A stretch of 64,000 nt of DNA, from IMG/VR virus record IMGVR_UViG_3300014205_000213, positions 1 through 64,000 of that record; one strand, written 5' to 3'. Of the stretch, positions 9,226 to 17,593 are shown in pieces. Position 1 is the stretch's first letter. Every line of letters starts with the position of its first letter. The position numbers and the translations under genes were made by a program. Source of the DNA: a virus. Taxonomy: Duplodnaviria; Caudoviricetes. The notes under the pieces are model-generated. The model was given only the letters and a program-made list of their open reading frames with translations, did not search any database and had not been told where the DNA came from.

Positions 9226-9667
9226 CAAGTAAAAAGTAAGATTATCATGATACAATACTTGAAAGGTAGTGAATTTAGCAATACAGTACAAGTCGATGGC
9301 AAGAATGTGTTTAGGAATGGATGCTTTAACTGTAAACACTTAATTAGAAAATACTCCGATGTAAGCGGGAAATGTGAATTAGTCTGGAAAGAAGATTATA
9401 AGGTATGGAAAGACTTCACTTGTGAGAATCATGACCCTATTATTATGCATGAATTAACCCCGCCTAAAGATTAAAACTATGGAAACATTTATAAAAGTCT
9501 ACATTAAGAGTGAAGATGATTTGCCGAAAGAATACGGACGTTATTTGACGGAATTTGGTTGGGCTAAGTATGATGGTAGTTGGACATACTCTGAAATGAA
9601 AGGTGGTGGTTATTTAAGGGATTGTTACTGGTACTTAAAGCCAGTAGAGATACCTGAGATCAGCGAT
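9226..9667. repeat. three short boxes shared with 55319-55727
   Basis: Box A 9226-9245, box B from 9454, box C 9637-9667; identical or near-identical copies at 55319, 55507 and 55697. Confidence 0.85.
9247..9474 (+). CDS. hypothetical Cys-containing protein
   Basis: CFNCKH motif; start chosen just after the shared box at 9226-9245. Confidence 0.55.
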   Translation: MIQYLKGSEFSNTVQVDGKNVFRNGCFNCKHLIRKYSDVSGKCELVWKEDYKVWKDFTCENHDPIIMHELTPPKD

Positions 9668-10033
9668 ATCATAAATTGTATCTTAAAGTTTGACGAATCA
9701 GCCTCTTTAAGTGAAAAAGGGGAATACTTTGAGATTATTCAAAGAGATTTAAAAAGTTTGAAGAACAACGTAGTTGAAGATAAAACAGGTGAAAAGGTTG
9801 TTTCTGTATCGGGACATTTTGAAACGCATACGATGACTTCTGATTTATTGGGATTAATCGTAAGTTGGAAACACAGAATAACAGCTCCCTCAATGTTAGA
9901 GAGAAAAATATTTAAAGAAGTTATAAAAGATTTATTACGAGTAATTGAAAAGAATAAATGTCCTTATTGTGGGAGAACAGAACCTTGTCTGGGGAGCTAT
10001 CCAGAGGGTTGTTTCCACCCAAGAGGAAAATGA
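9479..10033 (+). CDS. hypothetical protein
   Basis: 184 aa; contains KPVEIPEISD, shared with 55533-55736. Confidence 0.65.
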   Translation: METFIKVYIKSEDDLPKEYGRYLTEFGWAKYDGSWTYSEMKGGGYLRDCYWYLKPVEIPEISDIINCILKFDESASLSEKGEYFEIIQRDLKSLKNNVVEDKTGEKVVSVSGHFETHTMTSDLLGLIVSWKHRITAPSMLERKIFKEVIKDLLRVIEKNKCPYCGRTEPCLGSYPEGCFHPRGK

Positions 10034-10058
10034 CGAATAAACATCTAAAGAATGAACC

Positions 10059-10142
10059 ATGATTGAAATTAAGCTAATATTAATCCTGCTCTTTATGGCA
10101 GTTTTCGCATATTGTGTAATCAAAATGAATTTGAACAAATGA
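10059..10142 (+). CDS. possible 27-aa hydrophobic peptide
   Basis: MIEIKLILILLFMAVFAYCVIKMNLNK fills the gap between convergent operons. Confidence 0.35.
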   Translation: MIEIKLILILLFMAVFAYCVIKMNLNK

Positions 10143-10148
10143 AAAGAC

Positions 10149-10763
10149 TCACTTCCTAAATCTGATGACAGTACCAAATCGGATACTATGTAAATTGTTT
10201 GATCCAAATCTTTGGTACATATACCCTAATTCGGTTTGCTTCTTTGTTATAAGATCAACTCCCCCTCCAAATATAAAGCTATTTTCATTACCACCAAATG
10301 TTATATTCCCATAAAGGGCATTGCGAGGTTTTGCTAAGGGATTTTCTACAGTAACTAATTTAGGTACATAAACAATACTATCCTTCCTAATAGTCGTGAT
10401 AACAGGTGAGAAACGCCAATTACGGCTTAATAGTGTTCCCTTAATCTCAAAATCGTAATGAACATCAATGCTATCATTAACCAAACTGTCAGCATAAACT
10501 TTAATACTGTCTTTATCCGCAATTGGTTTTGGTAAGGGTTTTGTAGGAACATAAACAATATCTCCTTTTTTCCAAATGGTATCTATTCTAACTTCCGGAG
10601 GTTTATTTGCTAATGCCATTATAGAATCCCAGACAGCTTTCTTAATTACCATTTCGTCTTCCTTAATAGAAGGAATGGAGTGCTTACATTCCTTTAGGTA
10701 TAGAACATAAAGCACTCCAATAATGATAATGACTAACACACCTGACTTCCACAAATCTTTCAT
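10149..10763 (-). CDS. membrane-anchored protein of the lysis module (i-spanin candidate)
   Basis: N-terminal TM helix, beta-rich C-terminus, last gene of the lysis cluster. Confidence 0.5.
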   Translation of the reverse strand: MKDLWKSGVLVIIIIGVLYVLYLKECKHSIPSIKEDEMVIKKAVWDSIMALANKPPEVRIDTIWKKGDIVYVPTKPLPKPIADKDSIKVYADSLVNDSIDVHYDFEIKGTLLSRNWRFSPVITTIRKDSIVYVPKLVTVENPLAKPRNALYGNITFGGNENSFIFGGGVDLITKKQTELGYMYQRFGSNNLHSIRFGTVIRFRK

Positions 10764-11359
10764 TACCAGTGATTTAATATTAATGTATCACCTAACTGAG
10801 GAAAGGTCCAAAATCTACCACCTTCTCCAGTCAATGCATGACCACGAGCAGTCCATGACAGCATAACATTCTTAAAATATACTGAATCAATACCATCTCC
10901 ATTAGTAGGTGGTCTTGGGATGCCTAATCCTTCATACGGGAATGTTTGATCTGCTTCTTTCATCTTTTGTACAACTGCTAAATCAGCCCTATTATAAAGA
11001 TTGTCAATCCTCTCAAACTCTGCATCCACTAAAAGTAAACCATTGGGAATTATTATAGGAGAGATTGTATCTTTCAAAACCACGTTAAATGCAATCTGTG
11101 ATATATTCCCAGCTTTATCTGTAGCTTTTATAATAACCGTGGTTACCGGAGCCACTCCAGTTAGAATAAATCCCGGAGTTGGTGTTTGTATAATACTTTC
11201 AAGAGCACAATTATCTGAAACAGTAACCATGGGTAAATAGTCAGGTAATGGTGCTTCACAACCAGTTACAGGGTAAATGTATTGTGGAGGGATCTGCGAC
11301 AGTAAACATTTGCAACTGGTTAGAATAACCAGGACAAGAATAAATAAAAACTTTTTCAT
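10763..11359 (-). CDS. lipoprotein with HYR-like domain (o-spanin candidate)
   Basis: Lipobox LTSC; LPDYLPMVTVSDNC...ATDKAGN...VVLKDTISP resembles a HYR/Ig repeat. Confidence 0.55.
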   Translation of the reverse strand: MKKFLFILVLVILTSCKCLLSQIPPQYIYPVTGCEAPLPDYLPMVTVSDNCALESIIQTPTPGFILTGVAPVTTVIIKATDKAGNISQIAFNVVLKDTISPIIIPNGLLLVDAEFERIDNLYNRADLAVVQKMKEADQTFPYEGLGIPRPPTNGDGIDSVYFKNVMLSWTARGHALTGEGGRFWTFPQLGDTLILNHW

Positions 11360-11394
11360 AATCTTTAATTTTTTTGAATAAGTGAATAAATAAT

Positions 11395-11649
11395 TTAAGG
11401 TCTGCTGGGATCCTGATTCTCTTCAGTTGGATCTGGATCAAACACTCCTCCATTGGAATTAGTTACCAAATTAGCCAACAGGTAAGAGACCAAGGCCAAT
11501 GCAGCAGGAGTATAAATACTCGACCAAGTAAACGGAGTGCCCGTACTTAGGATCGTTTGTAGAGCACCAAGTACAGCCGTAACAAGTGCTATTGAAAGAC
11601 CTCTCAACAGATCCCTCAAATTTAATCTAAAAAGTTTTGATTTTGTCAT
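11395..11649 (-). CDS. holin-like protein
   Basis: 84 aa, two TM segments, charged tail, adjacent to the endolysin. Confidence 0.6.
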   Translation of the reverse strand: MTKSKLFRLNLRDLLRGLSIALVTAVLGALQTILSTGTPFTWSSIYTPAALALVSYLLANLVTNSNGGVFDPDPTEENQDPSRP

Positions 11650-11671
11650 GACATTTAATTATTGGTTTATA

Positions 11672-12136
11672 CTAAGGAATAATTTCAAAATGGTAACCGT
11701 CTCGGAATATCTCATCCTTTATTTCTGTATCATCATCCCAATCTCCTCCCCAGCGAATGCGGTGAGTCATTTTCCCTTGAACAAATAATGAAATAGCCGT
11801 ACCTTTTACAAAACCAGCAAAATGAGACAATCGTTCTGTATCTCCCCAATCAATAGGGTAAGGAACGGCATCTACTGCTTCTGATGGTAGACTATTGTGT
11901 TTAGACTTTTTAGTAATGCCATCACAGTTAGTGACTATTTTACTCCTGTCCTTAACAATCCAGCTAACTCCATTCCAAACTCTTCCTTTCTTGTATAAAG
12001 CAAATTGAAGTTGAGAGGAACGATATCCGTAGGTTATTGCATGATCAAAATGCTGCAATACCTCATGAAACAATACCTGTAAATCTGGGTGTGCTGTACT
12101 CAGATTCTTTTCCGATGATTTTGAATATGTATTCAT
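11672..12136 (-). CDS. endolysin, M15-family peptidase
   Basis: SKHN...SEAVDAVP, RWGGDWD, DGYHFE. Confidence 0.88.
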   Translation of the reverse strand: MNTYSKSSEKNLSTAHPDLQVLFHEVLQHFDHAITYGYRSSQLQFALYKKGRVWNGVSWIVKDRSKIVTNCDGITKKSKHNSLPSEAVDAVPYPIDWGDTERLSHFAGFVKGTAISLFVQGKMTHRIRWGGDWDDDTEIKDEIFRDGYHFEIIP

Positions 12137-12138
12137 AA

Positions 12139-12534
12139 TTAATTGATTTTTCCAAATAGCCTTAATAACAGGTCATTAATTGCTCCAATGTCATATAGGA
12201 AAGTAATAACAACAACAAATAAAATCATTCCCGATAAGACAAGCAACCAACGTTTTTTTATCAACGATAAGTCTTTTTTAAGGTCTCGAAATTCTCTAAT
12301 AACCTCTTTCCCTTTTTCCTGATTATCCTCAACCTTTTTAAGACGGCTATTATGTTTCTCAATAATCCCCGCCAACTCCTTTATGGTAAAGTTAAATGCC
12401 TGTAAATCCGCACCATACCTTATTTCAGAACCTTGTATTGTCAAACGAATAACCTCCTTAATTTCATCGTGACTTTTGTCGTTTGCATCCTTCACCGTTT
12501 TTATAGCGTCCAGAATTACATCGTGCTCACTCAT
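12139..12534 (-). CDS. coiled-coil protein with C-terminal TM helix
   Basis: Hydrophobic WLLVLSGMILFVVVITFLY; upstream of the endolysin. Confidence 0.6.
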   Translation of the reverse strand: MSEHDVILDAIKTVKDANDKSHDEIKEVIRLTIQGSEIRYGADLQAFNFTIKELAGIIEKHNSRLKKVEDNQEKGKEVIREFRDLKKDLSLIKKRWLLVLSGMILFVVVITFLYDIGAINDLLLRLFGKIN

Positions 12535-12567
12535 ACCATTTAGATTTTAGAATTGTTATACCTAATT

Positions 12568-12870
12568 TCAGTTTGCCTTCTCCAACATTTCAAAGCATTG
12601 TCCCATTATTAATTGAGGGTGAAATAGAGCAATTAAATCTTTCAGTTTTGTAATTTCCTCCGCTAAAAGAGAAATCTCTTCTCCACCATCTCTAAGTTTT
12701 TTGTAAAATTCATACTTCTCCCATTTCTCTTTCTTGCCTTCCTTTTCTATAGGACGAAGTATAGAATTAATACAAACATCTCTCAATGTCAAAACATGAC
12801 CGTCAACCGAGTCTAACAAATTTGTTAGACCATCCGATTGTTTCAATACCTGATTAAAATTTACTTTCAT
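12568..12870 (-). CDS. hypothetical tail-associated protein
   Basis: ORF downstream of the tail genes. Confidence 0.6.
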   Translation of the reverse strand: MKVNFNQVLKQSDGLTNLLDSVDGHVLTLRDVCINSILRPIEKEGKKEKWEKYEFYKKLRDGGEEISLLAEEITKLKDLIALFHPQLIMGQCFEMLEKAN

Positions 12871-12899
12871 AACAACTTTGATTAAGTTAATAAATATAA

Positions 12900-13169
12900 T
12901 TAAACTTCACTAAAAACTTCTGGTACCGTTGAGGCATTTATTTCCATAGCCTTTGCAATAATAGCCTTTATAAAACCTCTTACAATATTCTTTTGAGTCA
13001 CTGTGGCCCCCATCTCGATAAATAAGGGGAATATATCCACTTCGATTGTTCTTTGATGTTCAGGAGGATCCTCTATTTGCACATACGCCACCTTATCTGT
13101 AATATTAAGAGTAATCCTTTCAATTACATGTGCTACTGTCTTTGCCGGAATGTCTTTTACTATATCCAT
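12900..13169 (-). CDS. hypothetical tail-associated protein
   Basis: ORF directly after the tail fibre gene. Confidence 0.6.
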   Translation of the reverse strand: MDIVKDIPAKTVAHVIERITLNITDKVAYVQIEDPPEHQRTIEVDIFPLFIEMGATVTQKNIVRGFIKAIIAKAMEINASTVPEVFSEV

Positions 13170-13178
13170 ATCATTTAT

Positions 13179-15425
13179 TTATTTTGGTGTGCTGTTATGA
13201 CTCTTCACTGCAATTACATCAGTGGTCCCATCATCATATAATACGCGAAATTCTTTAACATAAAGAATCACATCTCCCTTTGATGTCTTACCATACAACT
13301 GTAATTCTTCATCAGGTTCCCATGTAACAGTAATATCTTGTGTATAAGGATTCACTCCGTAACTATCTCCAATAATGCTTACCTCTGAACCTATCATTAC
13401 TCCATCTTTACAGAGCTTAATTGAACCAGGATAACCCATGTCAGTAACATACGCTTTAAATTGATACCTATGCACTCCTTTTAATCCATTTGAAAAGACA
13501 ATCCCTTTTAGTATGGTATAGTCCGTTGAGTCCGTTGTTTGTTCACTGTCATGTGAATTCCTAACATTAGCACTTGCTACCTTTGGAACCCAATGAGGCT
13601 GTTCTGTTTTTATACCAACATCCCCATCTTCATCTACATAAAATGTAGGAGTACGAATAGATCCGTCAGAACCTATTGTTAAACCATCAACAGTAAAAGG
13701 AGAATAAAGTAATGAAGAGTACTTTGTTCCAGTGTAAATAGAATCAGCATCAATAGTTAACGCTCCAATGGATCCTGCCGTTGCAACGATCTTTCCCTGT
13801 AAGTAGACATTATCAGAGTAAAGACCATACCCTGGGGAAGCAGGTACTATACTATACCCTGCAAGACTTTCTAAATTACCAAGTTGTAATTTAATCGTTG
13901 TTTTATCCGCAAGGCTCCATTTAGCATAAGTACTTACTGCATCATATACTCGTAGGAAAGGATTATTAGCATCCGTTGCACTAATATAAATACTTGAATC
14001 CAATGTAGTATCTGAGACATGTCCTATTGCAACAACCTCATCACCAACCTCAAAAACACCAACATCATCCGTGGCAGGAGTCCAACCTGTCGTTGCAGTA
14101 AACTCTATGGTATGTCCTGACGAACTCGAATCAGCATCACTTACCTGACGAACAAGCTTCTTGATAACTGTTTGTCTATCAAGATCAACTCGTTGTACTG
14201 TTATAATAGCACCTATTGTAAATGGAATAAGCATATCCCCTTCAGGATCTTCAAAAGTTAATATCTCTGATCCTTGAGTTCCATCAATAACCTCAGCAAC
14301 CTTGCCTGCTCCTGCTCCAATTATTAATCCCCCATTCTGATAATGTAATTGATTAATAATTAATTCGTATACTTGTAATCCTCCTCGAATACGAACATTA
14401 TTAAACTCTGCATTCCCTACTTCAGTTATCTGCCAATTACTTCCCTGAAAGCCTGAAGTGAAGGTAGGGTTTTGTATATCACTATCAAATACCATCTTAC
14501 CTGCAAAGTAACTTTGGGCAACAGACAATGATTTTATAGCATAATTATATGTTCCTGCTGGAGGCCATCCTACTTCAATATATATTGCAGAATTATTTGT
14601 AGCATTCCCTGCAGCTGCATATAATCCATAATTTGTTCCTGTGTTTACTCCATTTGACTCCGCATCTACCCCAATACCTATTCCTGAAGCCGTTGTCACT
14701 GTAGCACTTCCAAATACACCAGATATACCACTTGTAGCAGAATAACCATATATTCTTGCGGATGCGGATGCTGCTCCTGCTCCAATTCCTATTGAATTAA
14801 CTCGGGCCATTTCTACAGAATTACATATTAGAGAAATAGTATCACTTACTCCTCCTATTCCAGTATTAAGTGACCCTGCATGAGGTATTAATGTAGGCAC
14901 AGTTGCTGAAGAAGTACTCTTAGAAAGAGCAAACGCAGTTCCAGTATTTGTATTTATACGACTGGTATTAAAACTATAATACACACCTCCCACAGCAAGA
15001 CGAACAACATCATCTGAATTTTCATACAATCCAGAATCTCCATCACCAAATTGAATACCATTTGTAGCCCCTAATGCAAGAGTAATTTTATTGACTGTTT
15101 GATTTCCAGTAACAACCAATGTAGTTCCATCAAACGTAAGATTAACAGATCCTTCTAAGGTATTTACGGTAGAAAACAAGGCCACCTGATTATCTACAGG
15201 AGTTCCTGAATAAAAAACCATACTATTGTATTGAGTAGCATCTAAATGATAAAAATCAACACCATTTCCCTGCTTACCTGAAAGTAAATTATGTAAGGTA
15301 GAAGAGCCCCCTCCACCTCCACCCATGGAAGAACCTCCACCTCCACCCATAGTGGTTATATTAGAAGCTATTTGCTTATCTCGCCTTACTGGAAGGATTG
15401 ATTGTTCTGTAACTGTTATACTCAT
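13179..15425 (-). CDS. tail tip/fibre protein
   Basis: 748 aa, G/S/T-rich beta sequence, position after the distal tail gene. Confidence 0.7.
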   Translation of the reverse strand: MSITVTEQSILPVRRDKQIASNITTMGGGGGSSMGGGGGGSSTLHNLLSGKQGNGVDFYHLDATQYNSMVFYSGTPVDNQVALFSTVNTLEGSVNLTFDGTTLVVTGNQTVNKITLALGATNGIQFGDGDSGLYENSDDVVRLAVGGVYYSFNTSRINTNTGTAFALSKSTSSATVPTLIPHAGSLNTGIGGVSDTISLICNSVEMARVNSIGIGAGAASASARIYGYSATSGISGVFGSATVTTASGIGIGVDAESNGVNTGTNYGLYAAAGNATNNSAIYIEVGWPPAGTYNYAIKSLSVAQSYFAGKMVFDSDIQNPTFTSGFQGSNWQITEVGNAEFNNVRIRGGLQVYELIINQLHYQNGGLIIGAGAGKVAEVIDGTQGSEILTFEDPEGDMLIPFTIGAIITVQRVDLDRQTVIKKLVRQVSDADSSSSGHTIEFTATTGWTPATDDVGVFEVGDEVVAIGHVSDTTLDSSIYISATDANNPFLRVYDAVSTYAKWSLADKTTIKLQLGNLESLAGYSIVPASPGYGLYSDNVYLQGKIVATAGSIGALTIDADSIYTGTKYSSLLYSPFTVDGLTIGSDGSIRTPTFYVDEDGDVGIKTEQPHWVPKVASANVRNSHDSEQTTDSTDYTILKGIVFSNGLKGVHRYQFKAYVTDMGYPGSIKLCKDGVMIGSEVSIIGDSYGVNPYTQDITVTWEPDEELQLYGKTSKGDVILYVKEFRVLYDDGTTDVIAVKSHNSTPK

Positions 15426-17593
15426 GATGTTATGTCTTGTCTTGAATTAGCAATTTCAATCATTTCAACATCCATCTCTTCCTCTCTGTCTCTATATGTA
15501 GAACTACATATATAAAACTTTTTAGTGGAAGCATCATCATTTGTTAAATGGGCACTATCTAAAATCAAATTAGATAACATCCCAAGACCACCATAATCAT
15601 ATACCCAATCTTTTACATCCAAACATCCTGTTATTTTATACCGTGGAACACGATATTGACTTAACAAAGATTGTAACAATAATTGATTTGTTGTATAAAA
15701 AGTGGAAGTGTTATATCGTTTTAATCCTGTAATATTCACGCCAGGTACAGTTTGTAAATCACTGGAAATGGCTCCTTTAGAAGAACCATAAGGTCCAATC
15801 CCTGTCGTTAAATTTATAGTCAAATCAGATTTTTTCATATGAAGTGCATCCGAAATAGTTCCCTTGGCTAATATACCATCATTTGTTAATGGTAACTTCT
15901 TTGTGTTTACCATTGAAATATTAATATCCCCTATTAGCACACATAAAATATTAGTGAGAGGAGTTCCCGTTAATTTCTTTGGTATTCTTAAAGTGATACT
16001 CCCATTTAAAAGATCTGCGGATGATATGATTGCCTCCGACAAAGGAATATGAACAAAAGCAGTTACTCTTTTATCTTGTATTTCACTTGTATCGTATTCT
16101 GGAACATATTTACGTCTGCGAAACCATGTCCCATGAATATAATAGGAGGGTTCCACTTCTGCATCCATTTCTCGTACATACACTTCAAAAGTCTTGGAAG
16201 TGTCTGTACTCCAAACTCCTCCAGATCCATGAGGTTGATCATAATACTTATCCCCTATCTTTAATTGAAACCCATACATATAAAGTGAAGCGACTAAAGA
16301 AGAGGACTCGTCTGGATTCCATATATTGGCAAGATGTCGAGTATTAACAAAGACACTCATTGATACCTCCAACATCATATTATCATCTTGTTTTATATTT
16401 GAAAACGGAAAAGTGTACTCAAAATATTCAGTTGCCCCTGCATCGGGCAACATTCGTATAAATACCTCCGGAGTATCAGGATTTGGAGTGGTTTGTTCAT
16501 ACCCAGTAAAGGTTACCCCAGTACCAACTATTGACCAATCTTTCATTGTTACTTCGTGTATTTTATAAGTAACACCGTTATCTGTGTATTCTCCATAATT
16601 ACCAAATGTTGGATTTCCAGTTGCATTAAAATCATAACCTTTATCAGTAAATGTGTAAGGATCATATTTTAATTCAATGTAATTAAATGGCATAATAATA
16701 TCTATCACTTGCCCTGTCTTCTCCCAAGCAACATCCCCATTTGATATATCAAGATGTTCTCCTAATCCTAAACTCGCTTCATTAGAACCAAACGGGCTGG
16801 CATCATATCTATGACCATGGAGTATGTCTACAGAATCAAGGGGATCAACAACCATTATAAGAGATCCTCTGAAAGCACATACCCAGCCAAGTGAACTAAA
16901 GATAGAATCAATAACCTGCCTACAGGACATGGCAACACCATCTTCATCATAATAATTTTCATTATTTACTTTTAATGCAGTAAATAAATTTGTGGTACCT
17001 GCATAAATCCCTTCACCATAAGTTAATAATTGATTTGTTCTTACATAGGTAAAATCAAGATCTATTTTGGAAAGTATGTTATCCATAACCGAGGCAATCG
17101 TGACAAATCCAGTGTAAGGACTTCCTCCAAATGTTTGTTCATAAGGAGTGTCTTCTAACACAGACATTCCATCATTACAATAAATGGTTATTTCATGCTC
17201 TAATGATTCTGGTGTGCTATAACTCTCTGTATATATTCCTGCATTAACAAAACCCTGCCAAAACATATTAACTCCAGAAGCTCCATTGTATATCTTAACC
17301 ATAAACTTCTGTGGATCAATTGTAAACAAGTTTTTTAATGTTAATGGCTGAGCAATTACTTTTATCACCGCACCAGATCCAATTGTGGGTTTATATATAT
17401 TGGTAACAGAACCTTCACGGGAAATTTCTAATGGTGTTCCCCCAGCAGTCAAAGTGGTTATCTTTGGTCCTTCCCCACTACTGGAATCCCCGTCTTCATC
17501 ATCTATATACCCTTTTTCAAGAATATCAATAGTGGTTTGTCCTCCACTAAATCGATAATAAGAAATTCTATATCTAATATTATAGTCTGCCAT
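15422..17593 (-). CDS. distal tail/hub-type tail protein
   Basis: 723 aa, immediately after the tape measure gene. Confidence 0.65.
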   Translation of the reverse strand: MADYNIRYRISYYRFSGGQTTIDILEKGYIDDEDGDSSSGEGPKITTLTAGGTPLEISREGSVTNIYKPTIGSGAVIKVIAQPLTLKNLFTIDPQKFMVKIYNGASGVNMFWQGFVNAGIYTESYSTPESLEHEITIYCNDGMSVLEDTPYEQTFGGSPYTGFVTIASVMDNILSKIDLDFTYVRTNQLLTYGEGIYAGTTNLFTALKVNNENYYDEDGVAMSCRQVIDSIFSSLGWVCAFRGSLIMVVDPLDSVDILHGHRYDASPFGSNEASLGLGEHLDISNGDVAWEKTGQVIDIIMPFNYIELKYDPYTFTDKGYDFNATGNPTFGNYGEYTDNGVTYKIHEVTMKDWSIVGTGVTFTGYEQTTPNPDTPEVFIRMLPDAGATEYFEYTFPFSNIKQDDNMMLEVSMSVFVNTRHLANIWNPDESSSLVASLYMYGFQLKIGDKYYDQPHGSGGVWSTDTSKTFEVYVREMDAEVEPSYYIHGTWFRRRKYVPEYDTSEIQDKRVTAFVHIPLSEAIISSADLLNGSITLRIPKKLTGTPLTNILCVLIGDINISMVNTKKLPLTNDGILAKGTISDALHMKKSDLTINLTTGIGPYGSSKGAISSDLQTVPGVNITGLKRYNTSTFYTTNQLLLQSLLSQYRVPRYKITGCLDVKDWVYDYGGLGMLSNLILDSAHLTNDDASTKKFYICSSTYRDREEEMDVEMIEIANSRQDITS

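Noticed and set aside
13179-15425. Diversity-generating retroelement target in the tail fibre
   Set aside because: No reverse transcriptase or template/variable repeat pair seen in the window
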